DNA of 60,928 nucleotides, the filler included, from Sphacelaria rigidula (Eukaryota), in the NCBI GenBank assembly GCA_964200075.2. It is 6 parts of 6 records of this genome, joined end to end, with 100 filler letters (N's around TTAATTAATTAA, not from the genome) between each part and the next. Parts side by side here need not be neighbours in the genome. Positions count along the whole stretch, not along the records: positions 40,689 to 50,759 come from CAXNAA020007209.1; positions 50,860 to 60,928 come from CAXNAA020007210.1; 4 more parts are not named here. One strand, written 5' to 3'. A model generated the notes under the pieces. It searched no databases. It was given only the letters and a program-made list of their open reading frames with translations, and was not told where the DNA came from. Shown here piece by piece: positions 50,495-60,928 of the stretch. The first letter of the stretch is position 1; each line of letters starts with the position of its first letter. The position numbers and the translations under genes were made by a program.

Positions 50495-50759
50495 ACGGGG
50501 GGGGGGAGGAGGGGGTTACTCATGATCATACATGCCATAGTCTTTAGACCATTGACCTCGCATCTCTGCAAAGACGGGACGGAGCACGCCGGGTTTTCGC
50601 CGGACCAGGTTCGCACTCAATCACCAACCGCGAAGCGCCGTAGTGTGTTTGGCGCGTCGCATGAAGAGTGAGCTTCATCCTGCAAAGATTGTTCGGCCCG
50701 AGGCCAACTGATCATCTTGCATTCGGATGACAGCCTCCAATGAGTTGCTTTATTTTCTG
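50495..50759 (+). repeat. G-run dispersed repeat at contig end
   Basis: Reverse complement of 47740-47980. Confidence 0.85.
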
Positions 50760-50859
50760 NNNNNNNNNNNNNNNNNNNNNNNNNNNNNNNNNNNNNNNNN
50801 NNNTTAATTAATTAANNNNNNNNNNNNNNNNNNNNNNNNNNNNNNNNNNNNNNNNNNNN
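50760..50859. other. Artificial contig-joining spacer
   Basis: N44-TTAATTAATTAA-N44. Confidence 0.99.
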
Positions 50860-52502
50860 CTTCTTCTCCCCCCCTCCGCGGCGCGGCGTCTCCCCCCCCC
50901 CCCCCGGGCCGGGGGGGGGGGGGGGGGGGGGGGGGGCTTCACTGTGCACCTGTGGCCAACTGTCTGCACCTCATACCACCGCTTCCTGTTGACTGCATCA
51001 ACACTCCGGCGCCCGATCGGGCTCTAGTCCAATTTCATTTTTGCCGCCATCCGCCACCAATTTCACCAACGGTTACTATTCGCTGAGTAAACCCTTTGAT
51101 CGGAAGCGTGGATGACTCATGCCATCTGCATTGCTTGCTCTCGTTCCTTTTTTTGCACCTTGAAAAAAATGATGTCCATGTCCGCTCGATTCCGATGACG
51201 TGACCCATTACGGTGGTCGAAGAAGGATTTTGATCTTCTGTTTTTTTTTCCACTCCATTTGTTTTTGTCCCTCTCTCTCCTGAACCCTCCACTTCCTCGG
51301 ATCAAGTCCGCGGTCACAAGGGGTCCAGCAATTCATTCCTGCCCCGGAACACGGCTCACGTCTCGGTGTCGCGGACTACAGTACAAGCTCGGCCGGCTTA
51401 AAAGCGGATAAAAATTGCTCACACCACAGCTTACCTAGATTCCCGAATCAACCCGATGTGAGCATATCACTGTAAAGTGCAGACCAACCTAGAAACATAC
51501 GGCACCGCCGCTGAATGAAGAAAAAAAATGAAAGAAAACGTACTGCATAATATATGACTTCAACGACGGACGGGAAAAAAAAGAGAATCTGTCGGGATTC
51601 GAACGTATGACCTCCATTATTGGAGTCTCCCATCACTTGAAATATAGGGGTGCAGCAGGGTCACGCAAAACGTTGCACGCACAGCCCAATTTGACGACTG
51701 AGCTGAAATTTCAGGGAGACCTTCTGCCCCCAAGGAAATGATACATCACGTGGGCAGCTGCAGATTCTGATTTTCTTCTGGACTTGTGACACTGTCTTGT
51801 TTTTGTTGAAATTTCAAATGCCATAACTTCTTTTTCTTTTCCTTTTTTGCGTTGCTGCTCATGTGATCTTCTGCATGTCGGTCATAAAAAGCGGCTGTCA
51901 GAACTTCAGCGTCCAATTCCTAACATCGCGCCGTGCGTCGCCTGAGCGTGAAAACCACCCATTATAGGCCGACCCACCTCGTGGATCTTTACCAACACTC
52001 CCGCACCGTGCTAACCGTCATCTATCATTCACTGTCAAGCGAGCTCTCATTGCTACCCACGGCCTCATGTGTTCAACGACGGAAATCAACTTTTTTTTAA
52101 TAACAAAAAAAGCCAAATTAGACGCATCTTGTGGCGAAAATGGAACCCGTGTCTCATGTTTCTTTACGACCTTTGGTATCATTTTGTACCATTAGGCCAC
52201 GGAACCGCAGGGTTCTTCAGGGTGCCTGGACAAAAGCTCAACCCCCTCGAAGTATGGCAGAGGCGTGTGCGAGTGGTGAGCGGTACAGTTCATCATGACA
52301 CAGCAGCAACAAATCCGAACGGCGACGACAGCAGCAACATCAGCAGTGACAGTCGAAGTGCAGCACAACACAAATGCACGGTGACGAAAATAAGCAGTCG
52401 CCAGCAAACACATCAACCAACCATGTTTCATGTGCGGACGAAGCGAAACAGGACGCGAGACTTACGCGATTTGGCCACGTATCTTCGGGATGACAGGCTC
52501 AC

Positions 52503-52571
52503 CTTAAGCTTCATCCTCAAAAGCCCGAGTCCTCTCAGAGCACCGAAGTGCCGCGGCTCGATGGCGAGAAC
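52503..52571 (-). CDS. TPR protein, exon f
   Basis: Polypyrimidine tract, ctgtag|GTT...AAG|gtgagc; VLAIEPRHFGALRGLGLLRMKLK. Confidence 0.9.
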
Positions 52572-53452
52572 CTACAGAAGAAAAAAAAAAAAAAAACAGA
52601 AAAAAAAGCTGGGGAGTAAGTGAAGGAATCTGATTAAGCTGAGAGAGGAAGAGCAAATTCAGAAAAATAAAAAAACAACGCTAAAAGACAGACGGAAAAA
52701 AAATGCAACAACACGCTTCGCACCATCAATAACAATATATACACAATAGCACGAGAACGAAAAAGATTATTTTGTTCTTGTCTCCTCCTTCTTCTTACTC
52801 ATTTTTACACAATGCTTTCCTCGTCCTATTGGTTCTTTTAATTATTCACATGTATGTCAATCTTATTGCCTCAACTTCACATCGGAAAAGCGACTGCACA
52901 AATAGTTGTCTTGGATTACATACGAAAACGACAAACTGTAGAGCACTGCATGTACTTACTGTACGCGTTTTTCGTGAAATATACTTCATTTCCCCCCCAT
53001 TGAACGTCAACTAGGAAAAAATCACAGTTTACGATTACCACGGACACGGCACATGGCAATATTTCATCTTTATTTCTATCCATCGTAGCCATTGCGGGAA
53101 ATGTAACAGATGACACACGACACGGTGGAAAGCGGAGGGAACAGGAGAGGAAAGGGGAATAGAGAGAAGTGGGAAAAATAGAAGGAGGGAGGAAAAGGGC
53201 AGAGATATAAGGAGAAAACAAGGACAAGAAACCCGGCAGAAACTGAAAAATGAAAAGATGAGAAGCGTGGGAGAAATGAAAAGAAACAGAAACAGAAACA
53301 GAAACAGGAAGACAAAGAAAATAAGATTTAAAAAAAACGAAAAATGGAAAAACAGAAAAACAGGAAGAAAAAAAAAGACAAAGAAAGAAAATCAGAAAGA
53401 GGTAAGGGAAGATGCCCACAAATAGACACGTGAATATCCTACACATACACAC

Positions 53453-53554
53453 CTTCTGAATGTCGGCTGCAGCCTCTGTGAAGCAGCCAGCCAGCAGCCA
53501 GTTTGTCGCCCGTCGATTCAACGCTTCCAAGTGCTTCCCGTCTATCTCGAGAGC
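53453..53554 (-). CDS. TPR protein, exon e (102 nt, 34 aa)
   Basis: cgtag|GCT...AAG|gtgtgt; ALEIDGKHLEALNRRATNWLLAGCFTEAAADIQK. Confidence 0.9.
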
Positions 53555-54226
53555 CTACGACAGTACGGTACGTTCGGTGCGTGAAATAAAACATGTGACT
53601 GAACCGCAACCCAACACATGTACTGCATGACGAGGAGAGACGGGTGGTGATGATCGTGATGATGATCGTGATGTGTGGTGTCTCATGTTCCTCCATTCGC
53701 TCAAGCACTCACAGGGGAATATCAAATGGAGTCTGACAAACACAAGAAGGTACACCGGAAGATGACCGAAAAATGGCGGTGGAGGTGTGAAAAAATAAAA
53801 ACAAACGAGCTTGTTTACCCTCATCACCAAAAATTGAGCCATAAGCAAATGCCTCCCGCACAACAACAAAAAAAAACTACCGAAGAGTCGCATACATAGT
53901 ATCACCATGACTGCCATGGACAAGTGATGAAGGTGACACAGTCGCCTTCTTTTTGATGGCCTGGGTGTGGCGCTAAGGGCGAATTTTCAGAGTCGAACTC
54001 CAGTAACTGGTTTGAATATATGCGGATGAGACTCCAAGAACTGGGTGGCTGATACGTGTGAACCCGCTCGTTGATCAACTGACTGTTTGATTGATAATCT
54101 CACATTAGCTGATTGCAACAATCCAGCCCGTGATCAGAAGCAGCAGAAAAAAGCAGAATAAGTATGGTGACGATAATCATCATTGACATATGTTTGCATA
54201 TGTGTATTTGTGTGTATACATATATA

Positions 54227-56943
54227 TCATGAAATCATGCCGCAAAAAGAGTGGAATCGACCGTATAGTGAACTGTTTTGGCTGAGGTCACGACCCGTGG
54301 CTTCTTTTCAACCTTCGCTCTTCTTCCTTTGTGTAGCACAGTTATGGGTGCGCCTGACCACCCAAAATGGGCAAAAAAAGTGTCATCGACCGAAAGCACG
54401 AACAGACAGGAGATCTCGTTCATCCCCTAATTATGCACGCCGAAAAATCCCTCAAAGGACTTGTGACTCGAGTGGGGTTTCCACCTGACTATTTCCCATT
54501 TTCGCCGTCCCGGACTACGAACCACGGCCTGCCTCGGCTACTTACCGGCGTGCTTTTGTCCAAGCTAAAATCTGACAACATTGTGGAACCAAGGAAGTTA
54601 TGGTGATCGAGAAAATCGCAAAACATGTTTTTTCCGCTTAATTTGTAATAAAACTCGGATCCCGATGAGATCAAACAAATTGATCAATCAAGTTGTAGCT
54701 GTCGTCTTGACGCATATGATGCAAAAAATCGCATCCCAATCGATGGCCTTGGCGATGAGAAATCGGAGAAACTGTTTGGACTATGAGCGCAAACAAGCGC
54801 CTCCAACCCCCGCCGGTTTCCACGACATGCGAAAACCTCACCCCTGTCCAACGGCCTCTCACGATAGATGACACCCATGAATGACTCTTGATAGCGCAAA
54901 TGGTTAGTACATCGGATGTGTGGAATGTTCGACAGGTATAGAATTTGAACCTTCGACCGAACCCCTAGAAGCTTCTGTGTCTGCGAGACATTTAACCCCG
55001 TCTGCGCATCGCTCGTGATAGTGGCAGGATTAGCACTCGTTCTCCTGCACCCGGTGCCGTCACCAAGCCACCATCGATAGTGTAGCTTAGTATCTAATCT
55101 AACGTGGCGGCAAGCGTGGGAAAACTCTTGACTGAAGGAAAAAAGAAAGCCACAAAGAAAGCTGGCGTTCAAGAAAAGAGAGCAGTATCCGCAACGGCAA
55201 CACACTCCAACAGCCGCCATAAACATGATCATGAGTCGCACGAACGAAAGCAAGGATCATCTTCGCGACCTTGCAGCACCGAACTGAAAAAATTGTAACA
55301 ACCAACCCTCAGCCTAACCACAACGAAGGCATACCGAGAACCCTCGGGCAAGGCTGGTACAACGTGCTCCCTGGGCGACGTGTGCGTTGCCAGACCTCAA
55401 ATCAGGCGCCGATTTAGACATGAACGCGTTGTGGGCACGCCATTATTAGGAGCATACTATTATAGGAGCACAGCCCCTATGAAAGATGCGGATTTCGATG
55501 TCTATACTAAAATCAATATAGATCGACTTACCCTCCCGAATGGTCAACTATACTGCGTCAAGAAGACACAAAAGACAGCATAAAGTCGTCGACCTACTTT
55601 TGCTGAAGCCACATGGCACCGGAGCCCCATTCATGTCTTTCAGTGCACCCACCCGCCCCAAGACACGCGTCTGTTGTATCGGCACTGGTGGGTGACGGAC
55701 GACAGTTTGTTTTCATTCCCTCTTGGAGCACAATATCTTTGGGCTCCGATAAATATCATGCATATTCATGAAATGAAGAGTCATGCCCACGGAACAAGAA
55801 ATACACTGGCACAAAGCAAGTCATTCATCCCCGAAGACTGTGGAACGATGGGATCCGATAAATCAAGCTCCTCAAAACACGAGGAGGTCGACCTACATCC
55901 GCTTAGCCCACAACACCCACACGGCGACTGTACTCCAGTCGTCTGTGTAAGGACCGTCCTCCTCGAACTTCATTAGTACATATGGTTCGGGCGCATATTG
56001 GACACATTATGTTTGCCCAAATTCGATCCGTGTTCCCAAGAATAAATGGTCTAGCATTCTGGTTTCAGTTACCGACGTTGGGCTACAAATGTTCCACGGT
56101 TGGGACAAATCATCACAACTCAAAATCACAAAATTCACGATTTCTTCGACCTGATTGCCCAAAAGGGAGAAATGAGTTGATCGTTGGTCCAAGGGGTCTC
56201 CACGCAGCTTTTGCGTCATTCCACGTGTCTGGGCTGCGTGTACCTGGGGTGCAACGCTGAAACAAAGCCTAGGGATTGATTCGTCACGAGTCGACTTATC
56301 ATACTAAAACCGAGTAATTTCCAGACGAATCGTTGTTTGTCCGACCCTTGAAATGTTCATGGTTCATATTACTTGATTTGAGTCTGTACAACGAGAATCA
56401 GAACTCAAGTGGGACTGACAGTCCCATGTGTTCCTCGTGTCGCAGAACGAGTTTTCGTTGAAATCAGCGCCACAGGCGCCGATTTGGGGTCCACCAAGGC
56501 CTCGCTTTGTTTAGGGAATGTATGTACCGCCCTTGCCCCGAGCGCTCTCGGTGTGCGTTGAGTTGGGTCAACCCAACTAGCCTCCTGGCATCACAGCGTA
56601 TCGCAGGCGCGGGCGAAAAGCGACGCAGTGGTATGCCATATATAAAGAACGACGGAGATAACGGTAGGGTTGTGATTTTATGATGCAGCCCACTATTTCT
56701 CGATATGAAGTTTGGATCCATGTCGTTATCTTCCGATGAAGTGAGGCACATCTTACCCGACGAGCCTGGATAAGCCCCCAAAAGTCGATCTGCTCGTGTC
56801 CGTTCGTGATTTTGGTCAGAGACTCTTTTTTTTGCCCATTTCGGGGGGTAAGGTGCACCCATAACAGTATGTCCCAGTCATCTAAGAAATATGTGCGGTG
56901 GCCAACTTCATTTTTCATGTGAAATGGCATGACGCATCATGAA
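54227..56943. mobile_element. ~2.7-kb degenerate DNA-transposon-like insertion with long subterminal inverted repeats, in a TPR gene intron
   Basis: 54341-54417 (gttatgggtgcgcct...aaatgggcaaaaaaag...cacgaacagaca) is the inverted match of about 56787-56866. Exact ends and superfamily unclear. Confidence 0.6.
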
Positions 56944-57113
56944 CATGTCGGACGAGTGACCCCGCCGTGATCCCAGGGTAAGGAGAGAGAGGCAAAGAGA
57001 CAGAGAGGAAGAGAGCCTGAGAAAGACGGGGGCAGAGACAAAGACAGAGAGTTAGAGACACAAATGAAGAAACGAGAAGGTATTATATGATCGAGAAGGA
57101 ACAACTACAGTAC

Positions 57114-57191
57114 CTTCCCAACAGCGGCATTTGATCGTTCGAATTGACGCGCCTTGGAGAGCTTGACTGCTTCCTTCATCAGCTGCACCAC
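57114..57191 (-). CDS. TPR protein, exon d
   Basis: ctccag|GTG...AAG|gtactg; VVQLMKEAVKLSKARQFERSNAAVGK. Confidence 0.85.
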
Positions 57192-57680
57192 CTGGAGCGC
57201 GAGCGGCCATGCGCACGTGCAACGAGGGCAACCAAAGGGAGAAATAGAACATGACATAACGGGAGGGAAATAATTGTAAGCGGAAGAAACAAAACAAGAC
57301 GGAAATAAAAAAACGTGAAAAAAAAGGAGAAGGGAGAAAATGAAAAATAAAAAACACTCAGAGACGGTTTGTTTTCCCACAATCATGTACGGTATGTGCG
57401 ACTCTCCATTTGGTAGAGGATGTCCACACGTCACAGTGAATGAACGCTCAAAGATCTGAGACAATACAGTACGCTTTTCAAAGTGACAGTTATCCAACCT
57501 TGAGAACGCATTTTAAGAGGAAAGTTAGCACAGGGAGGAAGAGGACCGCGGGAATGATGGAGAGGACGAGGCATGTTATTTTGATGAAAAATCTTATTCC
57601 GTATGTCTCGGTGTGCATGACATTGTGTTGATATCCATGTTTGTTTTTCGCTCCCTCGTTGTAGTACTCCTGCCTGATAC

Positions 57681-57822
57681 CTGCTCATTTTCGTGAACAC
57701 TCCAGCTAGCCCAGAGCAACTCTTCCACCAGTTCACCCAGCACAGGCGCGTCCGCGCTCTCTTTGAGCACGCTAAACAGTAACTCAGACACCACGCTGCC
57801 CCGTGCCTCGCACAAGAAACGC
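57681..57822 (-). CDS. TPR protein, exon c
   Basis: gtgcag|G CGT...CAG|gtatca; RFLCEARGSVVSELLFSVLKESADAPVLGELVEELLWASWSVHENEQ. Confidence 0.85.
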
Positions 57823-58024
57823 CTGCACAGGGGGAGGGAGGGGAGGGGGGAGGGGAGATGTTACCGGAACACCAGGCGAGCGCAAGCACCCATACCGCTA
57901 CTATAATAATATTCATGATGAATATAAGTGCACTATACTACTGGTGATTTTCATCGTGACCAACTGCTCGTGATTGATGAGCCCTCATCCATGACCATCT
58001 AAATAGATTCCCAACACTGTTTCC

Positions 58025-59221
58025 TAGGGCTGTGGGCTGGCTGCTCTGGCCAGTTAATTTTAAACTGGCCGCGCCAGCGGCCAGTACATCAATGTTTCAA
58101 GCCGATTGACTGGAAAAACATCGGCGGCGAGCGGAAGCGAGCAGCAAACGCCCCCCCCCCCCCACCCACCCCCCGGCTGGTGAGGGGGCCCTGCGGGAGC
58201 GCCTCTGGAGGAGCGAAAAAATGCGTTACATAGCTTGTTTTTTCTTCAGAAATGTTGGAAATCGTGGAAAATGTGACCCCTCACATTGAGGAGCTAAAAA
58301 TCTTCGATGCCACATTCAAATCCCATTCAAAGCGGTGAGCGATTCGAAAATCATTCATCTGTAATATGCTGTAGCAGACTCTCCGTGAGAGAGGAAGATG
58401 CAAACAAGCCAAGGCTGGAAGCACGCGGGAGTAAGGTATGCCACATAAAAAAAATAGCCTCCATTTGTTTTCTGAGAGAGGTTTGGGCGTTCTCGTAAAA
58501 CAAATGGTCAACGTCCTGAAACGCCCTAAACCAGTGAGGGGAATAAAGAATAACCTGATCCACTTTTTCGGTCCACCATGCCCGAGCAAGGACCCACACT
58601 TAATTTCAATACACAAACACCAAACGTTGGCCGGTGAGTGGCCTGCAAAATACTGTTCCGAATTTTCACCGACCCGGTTTCGAAACGGCTCATTCGCAAT
58701 TCAATACTTAGAGCTGGACTACGATTTGGTATGGAAAATCAGTAGGTCACAATAAACAAAATTATGCGTGGCCTCCAAGAGTTTTTCATGAGTTAAGGCA
58801 ACATTCAGTTTTCAGGTTTCAGTGAGATGCCGTTGAATCACGAAAAAAAAAAACTTGGGGTCCATGCAATTTTTTTTCATCATGTCCTTTTGATTGTCCA
58901 TATCGTACCACATTTCAGGGTCCAATTTCAAGTATCAAATTTCGAATGGGCCTGCAAAGTCCAAATCCGCTTCTAGGCTGGCCCAGCTCGTATCACGAGT
59001 ACCGTCTGTACTTGTACTGCTGTCAGGTGCGGGCCCCAATTCTACTGCCATTTTGTTCGTAATAATTCAAGCACCGCCGTTGTAAACTCACCATGCTAAA
59101 ATGGGTATGAACATAGCCGATAACGGAAACTTCGAATAAACTGGAGTCCTCATCACCAGTTCCAGTCAAACTCCAGTTCCACTTCAACTGCCAGTACAAA
59201 CAGGTCCAGTTCACAGCCCTT
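58025..59221. mobile_element. hAT-type non-autonomous element (~1.2 kb) in a TPR gene intron
   Basis: TIR TAGGGCTGTGGGCTGG / CCAGTTCACAGCCCTT; 8-nt TSD CTGTTTCC vs TTGTTTCC (7/8); 'ccag' subterminal motifs. Confidence 0.8.
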
Positions 59222-59305
59222 TTGTTTCCCGTTTGCTACTTCTACGATTCATGTGTGATGTCCTTGCTGTGCATTCATTCGATGATCAATATTTTAGCTT
59301 CGCAC

Positions 59306-59460
59306 CTGACGGTCCGAGCAAGAAACCGGATAGTCTCCTCTTCCGCATTAGGAGAAGACGGCATGGTGATGGCGCCGCCATTGAGCATCCCTTTGGTCAT
59401 GCCCAGCTTACAACCCAACGAGGACGACGGGTCTGACGGTGACCGGTCGGCTTCTTTGCT
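59306..59460 (-). CDS. TPR protein, exon b
   Basis: gaacag|AGC...GTC AG|gtgcga; the phase 2 end fits exon c; SKEADRSPSD...EETIRFLARTV(R). Confidence 0.75.
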
Positions 59461-59619
59461 CTGTTCAGTGATGAATCCCACCCACCCCCATCATCAGAGC
59501 GTACAATTCATACGCACGAGCGGAAATAACACACGACATGAATGCAACAGTACCGAGCAGCACAAGTCACGAAGCGGGGAAGGGAACAACGATTCACGTG
59601 GCTGACTCAGAAATATATT

Positions 59620-59780
59620 GAGGGGGGATGGGGAAGGAGGAGGGGGGCGTACTCATTTGTTGCTTGCCTTAGTCGTTCGACCATTGACCACGCATCCCTT
59701 TCAAGACGTGGTGGGGAGGGGGAGGGGGGTGTACTCATGATCATGCATGCCATAGTCGTATGGCCATTGACCTCACACCC
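59620..59780 (+). repeat. G-run dispersed repeat, two unit types in tandem
   Basis: 'cgtactcatttgttgcttgcc...' followed by 'gtactcatgatcatgcatgccatagtc...'. Confidence 0.85.
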
Positions 59781-60643
59781 CTAAGAAATTAGTACGCCCC
59801 TTCTTCTGTGAGGGAGCAAGACGTCAAGTACACCAGAAAAAGTACTCCATGCCAGTGTTTTCACTTCACGTGTTGAATCCATGCGCTGGCTTCGTCGCAC
59901 TAGCCAGATAATACCATGATAGCATGACTTTCACGGATTTCACGCCCCCCACGAGAACAGAGCGACATACTAGCTCAACATATTATCTTCCATTACAAGT
60001 ACCCTCGTCCTCGTCCTATTCCTACCGAACCCTTATCCTGAAATGGGAGTGGGAGTGGGAGATCAACCGTGAAGTATTGAGCAGAACAACATGAAACAGA
60101 CAAGACAAGAAAATAAGGCAGACATTACAGACGCCCCCCCCCCCCCCCCCCCCCCCCCCCACTCACAAAAAAAAAAAAAAAAAAAAAAAAATTTCCTAAT
60201 TTTCTTCTCCACTCTCTCATCTCCCTCCTCCCCCCCCCCNNNNNNNNNNACAGTAAAGTATTGAGAAAAAAAAAATGAAAAAGACAAAAAAAAAAAAAAA
60301 GGCAGAAATTACAGACGCCCCCCCCCCCCCCTCCCGAAAATAATTTGAAAAAAAGAAAAGAAGCAAAAACTGTGTTCTCTTGTCTTCAATAACACTTCCG
60401 GCTCTCGTCCCTCTCGCCCATTCGCTCTTTTTGTTCGGATATGATCAAAGTATTTGCCCCACCCCAACCCCCACCCTCCTGCCCGTGCTCACTCATATTA
60501 TCAACCGACCCTAGCTCGACTACGGTGCGTTCCTTATATTTCCCGTATTCGAGTCATTCTATTTGCCAATCAATCGGCCAGTCAACGCTGATTCGAGTAT
60601 TTTTTTCCTTGCCCATCGAACGTTACTCAATGTATTTGGTTAC

Positions 60644-60832
60644 CTTATGAAACAGGCTGCCGGTGCCCATGAGCTGAAGATCCCTCTGCGATACCACGGT
60701 ATATACCCTCCAGAGCTGCCTTACGGCCATCAACACCCGTTTTTTCTCGGCAGTATCGCTCCCATTCTCATCAACTTCCCCACCACCACCAGCAGCCTCT
60801 GGAGGATGATCCACGCCGTCGTCTCCCCCCTC
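60644..60832 (-). CDS. TPR protein, exon a (first visible; upstream exons off contig)
   Basis: acacag|GAG...AAG|gtaacc; 63 codons, EGGDDGVDHPPE...RVLMAVRQLWRVYTVVSQRDLQLMGTGSLFHK; phase 0 fits exon b. Confidence 0.75.
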
Positions 60833-60856
60833 CTGTGTGTGTGTGCGCGCGCGCGC

Positions 60857-60928
60857 GAGGGGGGGGGAGGGGGGGGGTTACTTATGATCATACATGCCAT
60901 AGTCATCAGACCATTGACCTCGCATCCA
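60857..60928 (+). repeat. G-run dispersed repeat at window end
   Basis: 'ggggttacttatgatcatacatgccatagtc...gaccattgacctcgcatc'. Confidence 0.85.

Noticed and set aside
51585..51640. tRNA-like B-box (minus strand GTTCGAATCCC)
   Set aside because: No cloverleaf can be formed; at most a degraded tRNA-derived SINE.
10614..60832. Functional gene cluster spanning RPN11, DYNLRB, SEC61A and the TPR gene
   Set aside because: The TPR gene is on a different, artificially joined contig; only the first three genes are physically linked.

Overview
This window is not one locus. It is six unrelated contigs of about 10.07 kb each (1-10073, 10174-20245, 20346-30417, 30518-40588, 40689-50759, 50860-60928), joined by artificial 100-nt spacers (N44-TTAATTAATTAA-N44). 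The DNA is eukaryotic, intron-rich and TE-dense. Short exons, long introns, a flagellar-type gene and TTAGGG tracts fit a stramenopile, probably a brown alga (inference). Manual splicing recovers four recognisable genes that the ORF track mostly misses. Contig 2 has the last exon of proteasome RPN11/PSMD14, a complete 4-exon roadblock/LC7 dynein light chain gene, and the first two exons of SEC61-alpha head-to-head with it. Contig 6 has six in-phase exons of a TPR protein resembling the bacterial 'EPRHFGAL' family. Contig 1 has a possible SHIPPO/PGPGxY-repeat gene or pseudogene. The rest is nested Ty3/Gypsy and Ty1/Copia remnants, LTRs, piggyBac-, PIF/Harbinger- and hAT-type non-autonomous elements, LINE debris, microsatellites, and a G-run-punctuated dispersed repeat found at most contig ends. 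I found no CRISPR array, rRNA, intact tRNA or clearly novel enzymatic system. The most unusual items are TE architectures and the bacterial-like TPR gene.
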